Notes: generated by a model from the sequence alone, not told the origin. A DNA stretch of 64,000 nucleotides from an uncultured Actinomycetota bacterium (GCA_963695865.1 CAVOIW010000004.1:295320-359319), one strand, 5' to 3'; positions 20,019 through 31,177 are shown, counted from the stretch's first letter. Numbers and translations are program-made.

Positions 20019-20983
20019 ATGGGCAGCGTTCCCACCATCGATCTGACGCCGTGGTTCGAGGGTGGCGCAGGCCGGTCGGGCCGCGGTCGCCGACGAGGTC
20101 GACAAGGCACTGCAGTCGGTCGGGTTCTTCCTGATCACCGGTCACGGCGTCTCGAGAGCCGACCGCGCTGCGGTGCGGAAGGCGGCGCGTGAGTTCTTCG
20201 CCCTGCCGATCGCGGTGAAGCAGGCGTACGCCGTCACCGTCGGCGGACGGGGTTGGCTGCCACCCGGTGTGGAGGCCAACGGACTTGCCGAAGGTACCGA
20301 GACGCCTCCGGATCTCAAGGAGTCCTATTCGATCGGCGCGCAGGAGAAGACCGGCATCGAGGAGGTGGACGAGTTCTGGTTCGCCGACAACGTGTGGCCC
20401 GCCGAGGTTCCGGCGCTGGAGGCTGCGGCGACCGGCTATCTCGCTCAGATGCGTGAACTGGCGGAGACCCTGCTGAAAATCGCCGAGGTGGCTCTGCAGC
20501 AGAACGCCGGCTTCTTCACGGGCAAGACGACGCACTCCACGCACACCATGAACATCAATTGGTACCCGCCGGTCGGAATCGCGGGCGAACCCGAACCTGG
20601 CCAGTTCCGGATCGGGCCCGCACACCGACTTCGGCACCTTCACGATCCTGGACCGGGAACCAGGTAAGGGCGGCTTGCAGGTGTGGTCGCCCGACGGCGA
20701 CTGGGAGGACGCGCCCTACGATCCGGACGCGTTCACGATCAACACCGGTGATCTGCTGGCGCGGTGGAGCGGCGACCGCTGGAAGTCCAACCGGCATCGG
20801 GTGCTGCCACCCCAGGCCGAGGCGCCCGACGAGGATCTCGTGTCGCTGGTCTACTTCTACGAGGCGAACTGGGACGCCGTGGTGGAATCGGTTCCGCCGC
20901 CCGTCGGGAAACCGAACGACTATCCGCCGGTGATCGCGTCCGAATTCCTCAAGCGACTGCTGGACGCCATCACCGTCGGCTGA
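20019..20983 (+). pseudogene. 2-oxoglutarate/Fe(II)-dependent oxygenase (isopenicillin-N-synthase-like family), with two frame changes
   Basis: Frame 0 from ATG 20019 reads MGSVPTIDLTPWFEGG. From about 20062 frame 1 reads AQAGRAAVADEVDKALQSVGFFLITGHGV...FWFADNVWPAEVPALEAAATGYLAQMRELAETLL...HTMNINWYPPVGIAGEPEPGQFR. From about 20650 frame 2 reads GPHTDFGTFTILDREPGKGGLQVWSPDGDWEDAPYDPDAFTINTGDLLARWSGDRWKSNRHRVLPP... These are the HxD...H and RxS motifs of 2OG oxygenases. Both junctions are +1 shifts. Confidence 0.7.
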
Positions 20984-21004
20984 CCGGAGGTCGTCACCGC
21001 AAGC

Positions 21005-21506
21005 TCAGCCGACGGCGACGCCCATGTCCAGCAACGTCACCCTGAGCAGGAACCCGGCCTCGTCACCGACGATGCCGCTGACCAGCTCGACCATCCGTTC
21101 GGTGAACTCGGGCCCGTGCGCCACCTCGTCGGCGGTCGGTGCCAGGTGGTGGGCCAGCTCGTGCAGGACGACGAGTTCCCGCAGCGCCCACGCCGAACCG
21201 CCCTCGTGCAGCGGCACCGCGATCACACCGGGGAAGCGCTCGTAGTGGGCCTTGCTCTGGCCGGCGCGGCCGCGCAGGAAGACCGGGCGAGGCGGCCCGC
21301 GGCCAGCGTGCCCCGACCCAGCGCAGCGCCAGCACCGCGTCAACGTAGGCCTGGACGGATTCCAGTGAGGCGAACTTCCGCTCCATTGGGAGGGTGACGT
21401 GCGACCCGGCCACGTCGACGATGGGGAACTCGACGGACCGGTCGAAGATTCTGCGCACCAGTGCTTCCGCCTCGTAGACCTTCGAGCGTTGACGGTCGGC
21501 CGCCAT
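21005..21506 (-). pseudogene. HExxH zinc-metallohydrolase-like protein (SprT/DUF45-like), downstream partner of the DUF2786 gene, with one frame change
   Basis: ATG is the complement of 21504-21506, 2 bp after the DUF2786 stop. It reads MAADRQRSKVYEAEALVRRIFDRSVEFPIVDVAGSHVTLPMERKFASLESVQAYVDAVLALRWV. Near 21320 it shifts into the frame of ORF 21005..21343: PVFLRGRAGQSKAHYERFPGVIAVPLHEGGSAWALRELVVLHELAHHLAPTADEVAHGPEFTERMVELVSGIVGDEAGF (HELAHH zinc motif). Confidence 0.6.
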
Positions 21507-21508
21507 GA

Positions 21509-22342
21509 TCAGCCGATCGCCGGCCTGGAGCCGCCGATCGCGCGTTCGCCGCCGAGCCTTGCCGTCCGGCCGGCCCGGTCGCCCGCTCGGCTGGCCAGCT
21601 CGGAATAGCCTGAGTTGGCGGACGCGCCGCGCCAGTGGCCCCGTGCGGTCGAAGATGCCCGGTAGTGATCGCGGAGTTCGACCTCCTTGGCCCGCAACAC
21701 CAGGGCGACGCCGGTGCTGCCGGACGGATCGGCTCGGACGGCCTGCTGCTCGGCCTGCTCGGTCGCCTCCTTCAGGCGGGCTCCGATCCGCAGGGCAAAG
21801 GCCTGCTGGAAGTTGACCCTGGCGGTCGTCGCGTGGATCGGGCGCTCCTGCCACTCATCCGCAAACGCTCGCCGACCTGGCCAGCCACCTTCTCTTTCCA
21901 CCCGGACCCACCTACCGACGGTCTCCTGCGCATAGCGCTTGGACTTGATGTACTCGTCGGAGGCCCGGACCATCTGCACCACCAGCGACGAGTACAGCGC
22001 CTGCGTGGAATCGATGTCGGTGTCGAAACCGTAGGCGTAGACCCGCGTCGAATCCCGGGCGATGTCGCAGATGACATTGTTGGCGCGACCGATCTCGAGG
22101 AACAACTGGACGAACGTGCGCAGCCCCCGCTTGCCCTGCTCGCCGATGGTGATGGTTCGCTGGGTGGGGACCGCACGCTTTTCCTTCGCCGAGGTGTGCG
22201 CCCTGGCCATGGCCAGATCGACGGAGGACAGTGTCGCCAATCGCTGCGCCGCCTGCAGATAGGCATCGGCTTCGTGCTCGTTGTCGGTGGTCTCGGCCTT
22301 GCGCAGCAGGCCGGCGATCTTCGTCAGGTATTTGTCGCTCAT
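21509..22342 (-). CDS. DUF2786 domain protein
   Basis: Intact 277-aa ORF. MSDKYLTKIAGLLRKAETTDNEHEADAYLQAAQRLATLSSVDLAMA is the conserved DUF2786 N-terminus. Confidence 0.75.
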   Translation of the reverse strand: MSDKYLTKIAGLLRKAETTDNEHEADAYLQAAQRLATLSSVDLAMARAHTSAKEKRAVPTQRTITIGEQGKRGLRTFVQLFLEIGRANNVICDIARDSTRVYAYGFDTDIDSTQALYSSLVVQMVRASDEYIKSKRYAQETVGRWVRVEREGGWPGRRAFADEWQERPIHATTARVNFQQAFALRIGARLKEATEQAEQQAVRADPSGSTGVALVLRAKEVELRDHYRASSTARGHWRGASANSGYSELASRAGDRAGRTARLGGERAIGGSRPAIG

Positions 22343-22492
22343 GGTCCGACCAGTGTGACCGATGCCCCCGACAGCCGGGCGGCGAGCGCCATTCCACCCG
22401 GATCCGGCACGGCACAGGCGGCCATGCCACCATGGCGAAGTTCCCGGTGGACACAGGCTGGAAGCGACGACGCTGGGCGAACAGGAGCAGAG

Positions 22493-23994
22493 ATGGACCC
22501 GTTGGTGACCGTGGCCCAGGGGCAGCTGCGCGGCCGGGAGAAGGACGGCGTGAACTCATTCCTGGGCATCCCGTACGCCCAGCCTCCGTTCGGCGCGCTG
22601 CGGTTCGCCGCGCCGGTGCCCGCGAACGGGTGGGACGGAATCAGGGACGCGCTCGAATTCGGTGCCACCGCCCCCAAGCCGGGGTACCTGCCGCCGATCG
22701 ACGCGATCCTGCCCGAGGTGACCATCGAGGGCACGGACTGTCTGAACCTGAACGTCTGGTCCCCGCAGGACGCGACCGGACTACCGGTTCTGGTCTGGAT
22801 CCACGGTGGTTCCTTCGTGAACGGCAGCGGCGCCGTGTCGATGTACAACGGGGCCGCCTTCGCGCGGGACGGCGTGGTGTGCGTGACGATCAACTATCGT
22901 CTTGGCGTCGACGGATTCGGATACATCGACGGCACGCCACCGAACCGCGGTCTGCTCGATCAGATAGCGGCTCTGGAGTGGGTGCGGGACAACATCGCTG
23001 CCTTCGGCGGCGACCCGACGAAGGTCACGGTGGCCGGGGAGTCGGCAGGCGCGTTCAGCGTGGCGAGCCTGCTGGCCATGCCCGCTGCGACGGGCCTGTT
23101 CGGCAGGGCGATTCTGCAGAGCGGAGCCGGCCAGCACGTGCTCACGCCGACGGCCGCGGCGAAGGTGACGGCCGAGGTCGCCGCGCGGCTCGGCGTGGAG
23201 CCGATTGCCGAGGCGCTCGCCGCCGTACCCGTCGACGATCTGATTCGAGCGCAGCAGGCCGTCGCGATCGAGATCGCTGCCGCGGCCGGTCATGAGCGGT
23301 GGGCGGAGATCACTCCCAACATGATGGCCTTCGAACCGGTGGTCGACGGCGACATCCTCCCCGGCCGTCCGATCGATGCCATGGCCAACGGGAGTTCCAG
23401 CCAGGTCGATCTACTGGTCGGCACCACCACGGAGGAGCACGCCCTGTTCCTCGTCCCGACCGGCATCGCGGCCGGCATCGGAGCTACCCAGCTCCGCGCG
23501 GCGCTCTCGTCGTACGGAGTCGATGTCGACAGGCTCATCGCGACCTATCAAGCGGATCGGCCTGGCGCGACGCCAGGGCGAGATCCTGATCGCCGCCCTG
23601 ACCGACTGGTTCTTCCGTATACCCGCCGTCCGGGTCGCCGAGGCCCGCGGTGCCCTCGGAGTGGACACCCACGTCTACGAGTTCGCCTGGCGCAGCCCGC
23701 AATTCGGCGGACAGCTCGGCGCCTGCCATGCGCTGGAGATCGGCTTCGTCTTCGACAATCTCGGCGATCGTCGACGGTCTGGGCCCGGCGCAGGCCGGTG
23801 CTCTGACCGGTCCGACTCCACCGCAGTCGTTGGCGGACGAGATGCACAGGGCCTGGGTGTCGTTCGTCCGGGACGGCAACCCCGGGTGGCCGCCCTACGG
23901 CACGGCCCGCACCGTGATGCGTTTCGACGAGGTCAGCGCCGAGGTGGACGATCCGCGGCCGGCCGAACGCGAACTGTGGGCCGGTGTGCGATAG
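22493..23994 (+). pseudogene. Type-B carboxylesterase / lipase family protein, with two frame changes near 23570 and 23765
   Basis: Frame 2 from ATG 22493 reads MDPLVTVAQGQLRGREKDGVNSFLGIPYAQPPFGALRFAAPVP...CLNLNVWSP...VWIHGGSFVNGSG...VTVAGESAGAFS (GESAG nucleophile elbow). Frame 0 continues EILIAALTDWFFRIPAVRVAEARGALGVDTHVYEFAWRSPQFGGQLGACHALEIGFVFDNLGD. Frame 1 continues VDGLGPAQAGALTGPTPPQSLADEMHRAWVSFVRDGNPGWPPYGTARTVMRFDEVSAEVDDPRPAERELWAGVR, stop 23992-23994. Both junctions are +1 shifts. Confidence 0.75.
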
Positions 23995-23998
23995 CCGC

Positions 23999-25273
23999 TC
24001 ACGAGCTCGCCGAGCGGGTGTCGAGCGGGTCAGCGAGCTTTTCCAGGTCCACTTGCGTTCCTGCGTATCCCGCCGTGACCAGCCGCGCGAGCTCGTCCTG
24101 TACGTCCCAGACGTTGACATTCATGCCGGCCAGCACCCGGCCCTCCGACACCCAGAATGCGATGAATTCCCGGCCGGGTACGTCGCCCCGGAAGACGACC
24201 CGGTCGTAGCCGCCCGGCTCGATGTAGCCGACATACTCCATTCCGAGGTCGTACTGGTCCGTGTAGAAATATGGAAGTTCGTCGTACGTGGCCGGTTCGC
24301 CGAGCATCGATGCGGCAGCAACGGCCGGTTGTTTCGTGGCGTTCGCCCAGTGCTCGACCCGGATGCGACGGTTGATCAGGGGGTGCTCGGCGTTCGCGAT
24401 GTCACCGGCGGCGAAGATGTCCGGATCGCTGGAGCGCAGGCCCGCATCGACCAGCACCCCATTGCCCACGTCCAGGCCGGCGGCCGCGGCGAGGTCGATA
24501 TTGGGGATCGCCCCGATGCCGATGACGACGGCGTCGCCGCTCACGACCTTTCCGTCTTCGAGGCGGACGCCGGTGGCCCGGCCGTCGGCCACCAGGATCT
24601 CGGAGATCTGCACGCCCAGGTGCAGATCGACCTCGTGCTGTCGATGGAGATCGGCGAATACCTGCGCGACCTCCGGACCCAGCACGCGCAACAGCGGCAG
24701 CTCGGCGGGCTCCACCACCGTCACCGCAACGCCGGCCTCGCGGGCCGCCGCGGTGATCTCAAGACCGATCCAACCGGCCCCGACCACGACGATCGACGAC
24801 GCGGCCGAGATCGTCGCCTTCAGCTCGTCGGACTGGCCGATCCTCCGCAGGTAGTGCACGCCCGCAGTCCCGTCCGGAAGACCGGGAAACGGCCGCGGCC
24901 GGCATCCGGTCGTCAGCAACAACTTGTCGTAGCGGATGGGATCGCCGTCCGCCACCAGAACCAGATGCGCGGCCGGATCAATGCCGGTCACAGTCGTCGA
25001 CAACCGCAGGTCGACCCTGTGGGCCCCGTACCAGGACGCCGGATGTACGAAAACGCTGTCCCGCTCGTCGGAGCCCTTCAGGTAGCCCTTGGACAGCGGC
25101 GGTCGTTCGTACGGCGGTTCCGTCTCGTCGCCGACCAGGACGATTCGACCGGCGAACCCCTTGTCCAACAGCGCTTCCGCCGCCTTCGCGCCGGCCAGAC
25201 CGGCGCCGACGATCACAAAGGTCCTCTCGTCCCGGCTCTCGGTGTCACTGGCTGCGCCGGCCGGATGTGCCAT
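23999..25273 (-). CDS. FAD-dependent pyridine-nucleotide-disulfide oxidoreductase, ferredoxin/rubredoxin-reductase type
   Basis: ATG is the complement of 25271-25273: MAHPAGAASDTESRDERTFVIVGAGLAGAKAAEALLDKGFAGRIVLVGDETEPPYERPPLSKGYL...IVVVGAGWIGLEITAAA...AAGDIA... The 5' 285 codons of ORF 23999..26098 are antisense to the SDR gene and are discarded. Confidence 0.85.
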   Translation of the reverse strand: MAHPAGAASDTESRDERTFVIVGAGLAGAKAAEALLDKGFAGRIVLVGDETEPPYERPPLSKGYLKGSDERDSVFVHPASWYGAHRVDLRLSTTVTGIDPAAHLVLVADGDPIRYDKLLLTTGCRPRPFPGLPDGTAGVHYLRRIGQSDELKATISAASSIVVVGAGWIGLEITAAAREAGVAVTVVEPAELPLLRVLGPEVAQVFADLHRQHEVDLHLGVQISEILVADGRATGVRLEDGKVVSGDAVVIGIGAIPNIDLAAAAGLDVGNGVLVDAGLRSSDPDIFAAGDIANAEHPLINRRIRVEHWANATKQPAVAAASMLGEPATYDELPYFYTDQYDLGMEYVGYIEPGGYDRVVFRGDVPGREFIAFWVSEGRVLAGMNVNVWDVQDELARLVTAGYAGTQVDLEKLADPLDTRSASS

Positions 25274-25348
25274 GGTCACGTCGGTGTGCTCCTGCCGCTG
25301 GTGGGAAACTGCGCTGGTGGATAGATTGCGAGTGAAGGAGTCCCGGAC

Positions 25349-26119
25349 ATGACCGTAGACCCAGCTGACCGGCCACCCGCGTCGCGCGGCGTGGCTGTGG
25401 TCACCGGCGCCAGCAGTGGCATCGGCGCCGCAACCGCTCGACAACTGGCCGCTCTCGGCTTCCAGGTGACGATCGTCGCTCGTCGGATGGACCGGCTGAC
25501 CGATCTGGCGGCCGGGATCGGCGCCGTGCCCTACCAACTGGATGTCACCGACCGGGCCGCCGTCGACCGGTTCGCCGACACCCTTCCGGTGGTCGACGTG
25601 CTGATCAACAACGCCGGCGGGGCGTTCGGCGCAGATCCGGTCGCCGGCTCCGATCCCGCCGACTGGCAGGCGATGTTCGACGTCAATGTGATGGGCAGTC
25701 TGCACATGACCCAGGCGCTCCTGCCGAAACTGATCGCCAGCGGCGCCGGGACGCTCGTCTTCATGTCTTCGACGGCCGGATTTGTCGCCTACGAGGGCGG
25801 AGGCGGCTATGTCGCGGCCAAGCACGGCACACATTCCTTGGCGGCGACCCTGCGGCTGGAACTGGTGGCAGAGCCGGTCCGGGTGATCGAAATCGCCCCC
25901 GGCATGGTCCGTACCGACGAGTTCGCAGTGAAGCGGATGCGCGGTGACGAGGAGAAGGCCGCCGGGGTGTACCAGGGCGTGGCCGAGCCGCTGACCGCCG
26001 AGGACGTGGCCGACACGGTCGCGTGGGCCGTCACCAGGCCGCCGCACGTCAACGTCGACCTGCTCGTGCTGCGGCCGAGAGCGCAGGCGGCACAACACAA
26101 GGTGGACCGGCGGAGCTGA
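25349..26119 (+). CDS. SDR family short-chain dehydrogenase/reductase
   Basis: Intact 256-aa ORF. TGASSGIGAATARQLA, NNAG and YVAAKHG are the SDR motifs (TGxxxGxG, NNAG, YxxxK). RBS gaaggag. Confidence 0.9.
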   Translation: MTVDPADRPPASRGVAVVTGASSGIGAATARQLAALGFQVTIVARRMDRLTDLAAGIGAVPYQLDVTDRAAVDRFADTLPVVDVLINNAGGAFGADPVAGSDPADWQAMFDVNVMGSLHMTQALLPKLIASGAGTLVFMSSTAGFVAYEGGGGYVAAKHGTHSLAATLRLELVAEPVRVIEIAPGMVRTDEFAVKRMRGDEEKAAGVYQGVAEPLTAEDVADTVAWAVTRPPHVNVDLLVLRPRAQAAQHKVDRRS

Positions 26120-26142
26120 GGCGGCCGCTCGCCGCCCGGCAA

Positions 26143-26169
26143 CGGGCCGTTACCGGCCCGACATTTTCC
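26143..26169 (+). terminator. Candidate intrinsic terminator after the SDR gene: CGGGCCG-ttac-CGGCCCG hairpin followed by acattttcc
   Basis: Read directly. It is a 7-bp perfect stem with a 4-nt loop and a short T-run, 24 bp after the SDR stop. Confidence 0.4.
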
Positions 26170-26223
26170 TGCGGTTTGCTGGCACTGGAGACCGACCGGG
26201 CGATCGGGGCAGAGGAGGATTTC

Positions 26224-27029
26224 GTGGATCTGAACACGGTCACGACGTACCGCCGCGCTTCCGTTCGTTCCGACCTGGCGCTTGCCCCGGGTGAGCGACT
26301 GCTGGGCGGCGGCACCTGGTTGTTCTCGGAACCACAGGTGGAGACCAGCGGGCTCGTCGACCTGACGACCATGGGCTGGCCGGCGATCGAGTATCCCGAC
26401 GACGGGCTCCGCATCGGCGCCACCTGCACCATCGCCGAGTTGGCCGACCTGCGGGAGCGGGCAGGCTGGCGTGCGCATCCGCTGTTCTTCCAATGTGCAA
26501 CTGCGCTGTTGGCCTCGTTCAAGGTCTGGCAGGTGGCCACCGTCGGCGGCAACGTGTGCCAGTCCTTCGCCGCGGCCGGGATGGTGTCACTGTGTGCCGG
26601 CCCTGGATGGCGTCGCCCTGGTGTGGCGGCCGGACGGCGGCGACTACCGCATCGCGGTCGCCGACTTGATCACCGGAAACGGCACCAATCGACTCGCCGC
26701 CGGGGAAACGCTGCGGTCCATCGACATTCCCGGGTATGCCCTTCGCGCCAGAACGGGCTTCCGCAAGATCGCGTTGGCCGCATTGGGTAGGTCCGGCGCA
26801 GTGCTGACCGGACGGGTGGACGAGGACGGAAGCGCCGTCTTCTCCATCACCGCGGCGACCCTTGCGCCCGGTCGTGCTGCGCTACCCGTCCCTGCCGGAC
26901 GAGCTGACATTGCGGGTCGATGTCGGTGACGCACCTGGCTATTACACGGACCCGCTCGGCTCGGCAGATTGGCGCCGTCAGGTCAGCGGCGTTCTGCTCG
27001 AAGAGATCCGTCGGGAAATCGCCGTATGA
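26224..27029 (+). pseudogene. Xanthine-dehydrogenase-family FAD-binding subunit (CoxM/XdhB-like), with two frame changes
   Basis: GTG 26224 after gaggagga. Frame 1 reads VDLNTVTTYRRASVRSDLALAPGERLLGGGTWLFSEPQVETSGLVDLTTMGWPAIEYPDDGLRIGATCTIAELADL...VATVGGNVCQSFAAAGMVSLCA. From about 26590 (extra g in ccggccc) frame 2 reads ALDGVALVWRPDGGDYRIAVADLITGNGTNRLAAGETLRSIDIPGYALRARTGFRKIAL...FSITAATLAP. From about 26868 (extra g in cccggtc) frame 0 reads VVLRYPSLPDELTLRVDVGDAPGYYTDPLGSADWRRQVSGVLLEEIRREIAV, stop 27027-27029. Confidence 0.75.
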
Positions 27030-27514
27030 GATTTCGACGTCAACGGGGACGAACTCGAGGGTCAGCCGCGGCCCGGTCAGTGCCTGCGCACACTGCTGCG
27101 CGAGCATGCCCATTTCGAAGTGAAAAAGGGTTGCGACGCCGGCGATTGCGGCGCGTGCACCGTCATCGTGGACGGTGGCCCTGTGCACTCGTGCATCTAC
27201 CCGGCCGTGCGGATCGAAGGCCGTTCGGTGACAACGGTTTCGGGTCTCGGCACGGTGGATGACCTGCATCCGATGCAGCAGGCCTTCGTCGACAACTTCG
27301 GATTCCAGTGCGGGTTCTGCACCGCCGGGATGATCGTCACCGCGTCGACGCTGGAACCCGACCAGCTGGACGACCTTCCGCGGCTGATGAAGGGAAACAT
27401 CTGCCGCTGCACTGGATATCGGTCTGTTCGGCAAGCCATTACTCAGGGCCTGGCCGGGCCGATGGAGAACGGGCGGCGCACTGGAACCCGGTCCCACGGT
27501 GGGCTGCTCGGTGA
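27026..27514 (+). pseudogene. Xanthine-dehydrogenase-family [2Fe-2S] small subunit (CoxS/XdhC-like), frame-disrupted
   Basis: ATG 27026 overlaps the previous stop (ATGA). After removing one t from gatttcga, the N-terminus reads [75 protein letters not shown]...[21 protein letters not shown]...[15 protein letters not shown]. These are the two Fe-S cysteine clusters. The C-terminus needs another shift to reach the TGA at 27512-27514, which forms a GTGA overlap with the large-subunit start. Confidence 0.7.
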
Positions 27515-29786
27515 AACCGCCGGCCGCTGCGCGGGTCGTCACCGGCACGGAACCGTACACGTTCGACACCGCCCTCCCGGGCACTCTGTTCCTCAGGGTG
27601 CTCGGATCACCCCATCCGCATGCCCGCATCACCTCGATCGACACCACCGATGCGGAGCGCACCCCCGGGGTCGAGCTCGTGCTGACGCACAAAAATGTTC
27701 CCCGGCAACGGTATTCGACGGCACGGCACGAGAACCGGATGGATGATCCGGACGACACCCGAATGATTGATGACGTGGTCCGGTTCGTCGGCCAGCGGGT
27801 CGCTGCGGTGATCGCCGAGACGGCAGCCGCAGCCGAAGAGGCCTGCCGGCGCATTCACATCGAATACGAGGTACTGCCCGCAGTTTTCGACCCGGAGCAG
27901 GCCCGGGCGGCCGGCGCACCGATCCTGCATCCCGAGCTGACGCTCGGTCGACCGGGTGGACGAGGCCGGCCGGAATGTGATCGCGAGCATTCATGAGGGG
28001 GTCGGCGGCGACGTCCAGGATGCGCTTGACGCTTCGGCGGTCACCGTGACCGGGAGCTGGCAGACCCAGCGCATCGCCCACGGTCAATTGGAGACCCACG
28101 GCAGCATGGGCTGGCTCGACGAAACCGGGAGACTGGTACTGCGTACCAGTTCGCAGGTCCCGTTTCTGGTGCGCGACGAGCTGTGCGTGCTGTTCGGCCT
28201 ACCCACCGACCGCGTTCGGGTCTTCACCAAGCGGGTCGGCGGGGGCTTCGGCGGGAAGCAGGAGATGCTCACCGAGGACCTGGTGGCACTGGCCGTGCTT
28301 CGGACGGGCCGACCGGTCAGCTACGAGATGAGCCGGACGGAAGAGTTCATCCGAACCTCGGTGCGGCATCCGTTGCGCGTCAGGGTCAGTCTGGGTGCCA
28401 CCGCGAACGGGCTGCTGACCGCTATGAAGATCGACGTGCTGAGCGACACCGGCGCCTACGGAAATCACGCCGTCGGAGTGCTGTTCCATGGCTGCTCCGA
28501 ATCGATCAGCCTCTACAACTGCCCGGTCAAGCGGCTGGATGCGGAGGTCGTCTACACCAACAACACGCCGTCCGGGGCCTTTCGTGGGTATGGCCTCGGC
28601 CAGGTGATCCTCGGTGTCGAGTCGGCGATGGACGAACTGGCGATCAGAACCGGCATCGATCCGTTCGAGCTGCGCCGCATCAATTCGGTCAAGGCCGGCG
28701 ATCCGCTCATCGTCGTGCATCCCGAGCCCGAGAAGGACCTGTCCTTCGGAAGTTATGGTCTGGACCAGTGTCTGGATATGGCGGAGGCGGCGTTGCGGAC
28801 AGGCAACGGCGTGCCGGCTCCCGTGGGTGAGCACTGGCGGGTCGGCGAGGGTATGGCAGTAGCCATGATCGCCACCATGGCCCCTCGCGGACACATTTCG
28901 AAGACCACCATCACCGTGCACCGGGACGGGCGCTACGTGCTGGGCGTTGGCACCAGCGAATTCGGCAACGGAACCACCACGGTGCACACCCAGATCGTGT
29001 CAACGGTCATGGCGACGACCACCGACCGGATCGAGATGACCAACTCCGACACCGACGGGGCCGTTTACGACACCGGCGCCTTCGCCTCCGCCGGCACCAC
29101 CGTCGCCGGCAAGGCGCTGCACGGTGCCGCCGTGAACCTGCGGGAAATATTGCTGGGCACGGCTTCCAGGGTCTCGGGGGTGCCGGCGGACGAATGCCTG
29201 ATCGGCCCGGACGGGGTGGACGCCGCCGGTCAGCGACTGACCTGGGCCGAATTGATCGAGCAGGCGCCGGGGGAGTGCCGCCGCGGCGACGGGGTGTTCG
29301 CGGACGGCAGCGAATACGGGGACATGCGCTCGCTCGCGTTCAATGTGCAGGCGTTCCGCGTTGCCGTCGACATCAGGACAGGCGAAGTTCGCATCCTGCA
29401 GTCCGTCCAGGCCGCGGACGCCGGGACGGTGATGAATCCGGAACAGTGCCGTGGGCAGGTCGAGGGGGGCGTCGCCCAGGCCATCGGAAGTTCGCTGTAC
29501 GAGGAGGTTCTCGTCGACGACCACGGGAGCGGTTGCCAATCCGGTTTTCCGCACCTATCGGATGCCGCAGATGGCCGACATCCCGATCACGGAGGTCTAT
29601 TTCGCGCAGACCAGCGACGACCGCGGACCCTTCGGCGCGAAATCGATGAGCGAGAGTCCCTACAACCCGGTCGCTCCCGCTCTCGGAAACGCGATTCGGC
29701 GGGCCGTCGGCATTCGACCTTTCGAGACGCCTTTTTCGCGTGACCGGGTGTGGCGGCTGCTGGCCGCCGACCCTTCCGCGCACTGA
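27511..29786 (+). pseudogene. Xanthine-dehydrogenase / aldehyde-oxidase family molybdopterin-binding large subunit (CoxL/XdhA-like), with two frame changes
   Basis: Frame 1 reads [64 protein letters not shown]... From about 27945 (extra g in ccgggtgg) frame 2 reads VDEAGRNVIASIHEGVGGDV...VFTKRVGGGFGGKQEM...GAFRGYGLGQ...NPEQCRGQVEGGVAQAIGSSLYEEVLVDDHG. From about 29525 (extra g in cacggga) frame 0 reads AVANPVFRTYRMPQMADIPITEVYFAQTSDDRGPFGAKSMSESPYNPVAPALGNAIRRAVGIRPFETPFSRDRVWRLL, stop 29784-29786. Confidence 0.8.
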
Positions 29787-29817
29787 CGACCGGTCCCCGA
29801 CCGCAGAGCTGATCCGA

Positions 29818-31107
29818 TGACTGTGTTTCGCGGCAACGTCGATCGACACACCCGGCGACCCGTTCCACATGGATCCGTCGGATGCGCTGGTCGTCGACCA
29901 GGACGGCGGGGTGGCGGTCCAGGACGGAATCATCGTCGGGCGCGGTGCTTTCGCTGAGCTGCAACATGAGTATCCAGTGGAACCGGTGGTCGATCTCCGC
30001 GGCGGGATGCTGGTCCCGGGTTTCGTCGACACCCACGTCCACTTTCCGCAGATGCGATCGATGGGCGGCCTCGGTATGCCGCTGCTCGATTGGCTCGAAC
30101 GTTGTGCGTTGCCTGAAGAGAGCAGATTCGCCGACGCCGCTTACGCGCGCGTCGTGGCCGCGGAATTCATCGACGGCCTCATCTCGGGCGGCACTACGTC
30201 CGCGTTGGTCTTCGGTTCGCATTTCGCGCCCGCAATGGACGAACTGTTCGTGGAGTCGGAGCGACGCGGAATCAATGTGACGTCGGGTCTGGTGGTCAGC
30301 GATCGGGTTCTGCGAGAAGACCTGCTCAATTCGGCAGCAGCCGGATTTGCGCAGAGCACTGCCCTGATCAAGCGTTGGCACGGGCGCGGCCGGTTGCGCT
30401 ACGCCGTCACCCCGAGATTTTCGCTGTCCACGTCCGACGACACGCTTGCCGCGTGCGGCCAGCTGCTGACGGAGGACGTCTGGTTCACCTCTCACATCAA
30501 CGAGAACCTGTCCGAGGTAGCGACTGTCAGGGACCTGTTTCCAGATGCCAAGCATTATCTGGACACCTACCATCGGCACGGACTGGTCACCGATCGAAGC
30601 GTCTTCGCCCACAGTGTGCACACCGGCGATGCCGAACTGGAGCTGATGGCGGGGATGGGCGCCTGGGCCTCGCACTGTCCGACCAGCAACTCCGCCCTGG
30701 GCAGCGGGTTGTTCCCGATGCGCCGTCATATCGAATCCGGGGTCGGGGTCGCACTCGGCTCCGACGTCGGCGCCGGCACCGGACTGTTTCTGCTGAAGGA
30801 AGGCCTCCAGGCGTACTTCATGCAACAGCTACTGGGAGAACAAGGCCTGGCGCTCACTCCCGTGCACCTGCTCTACCTGGCCACCAGGGCCGGCGCCCGC
30901 GCTCTGGGCATCAGCCACCGCGTCGGCGACTTCGGCGTCGGCAAGGAATTCGACGCCGTCTGGCTACGACCGCCCCCGCGCACGGCGCTGGCCGTCAACC
31001 TGGACAACGCCACTGACCCGATCGACGCCCTGGCAAGGGTTTTCGCCCTCGCCACACCTGCCGACGTGGCCGGCGTCTGGGCTCTGGGTGAACGGATCCA
31101 CGGATAG
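29818..31107 (+). pseudogene. guaD: Guanine deaminase (amidohydrolase superfamily), with one frame change near the 5' end
   Basis: ATG 29818 reads MTVFRGNV. After a +1 shift near 29845 (extra g in gtcgatcgac) it reads ...DPFHMDPSDALVVDQDGGVAVQDGIIVGRGAFAELQHEYP...GFVDTHVHFPQMRSMGGLGMPLLDWLE...WFTSHINENLSEVATV...AHSVHTGDAELELMAG...ALGSDVGAGT. These are the guanine-deaminase metal-binding motifs. Stop is 31105-31107. Confidence 0.8.
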
Positions 31108-31177
31108 CAATGTCTCTTGTGTTGGGGGTCGTCTGCGATGCTGGCGTCCGACAACCATCCGGAGGAGGGAGCGCGGA

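Noticed and set aside
25274-26098. 5' part of ORF 23999..26098, which would make a 699-aa fusion protein
   Set aside because: The 285 N-terminal codons are antisense to the SDR gene and lack any domain. The ferredoxin-reductase homology starts at the ATG complementary to 25271-25273.
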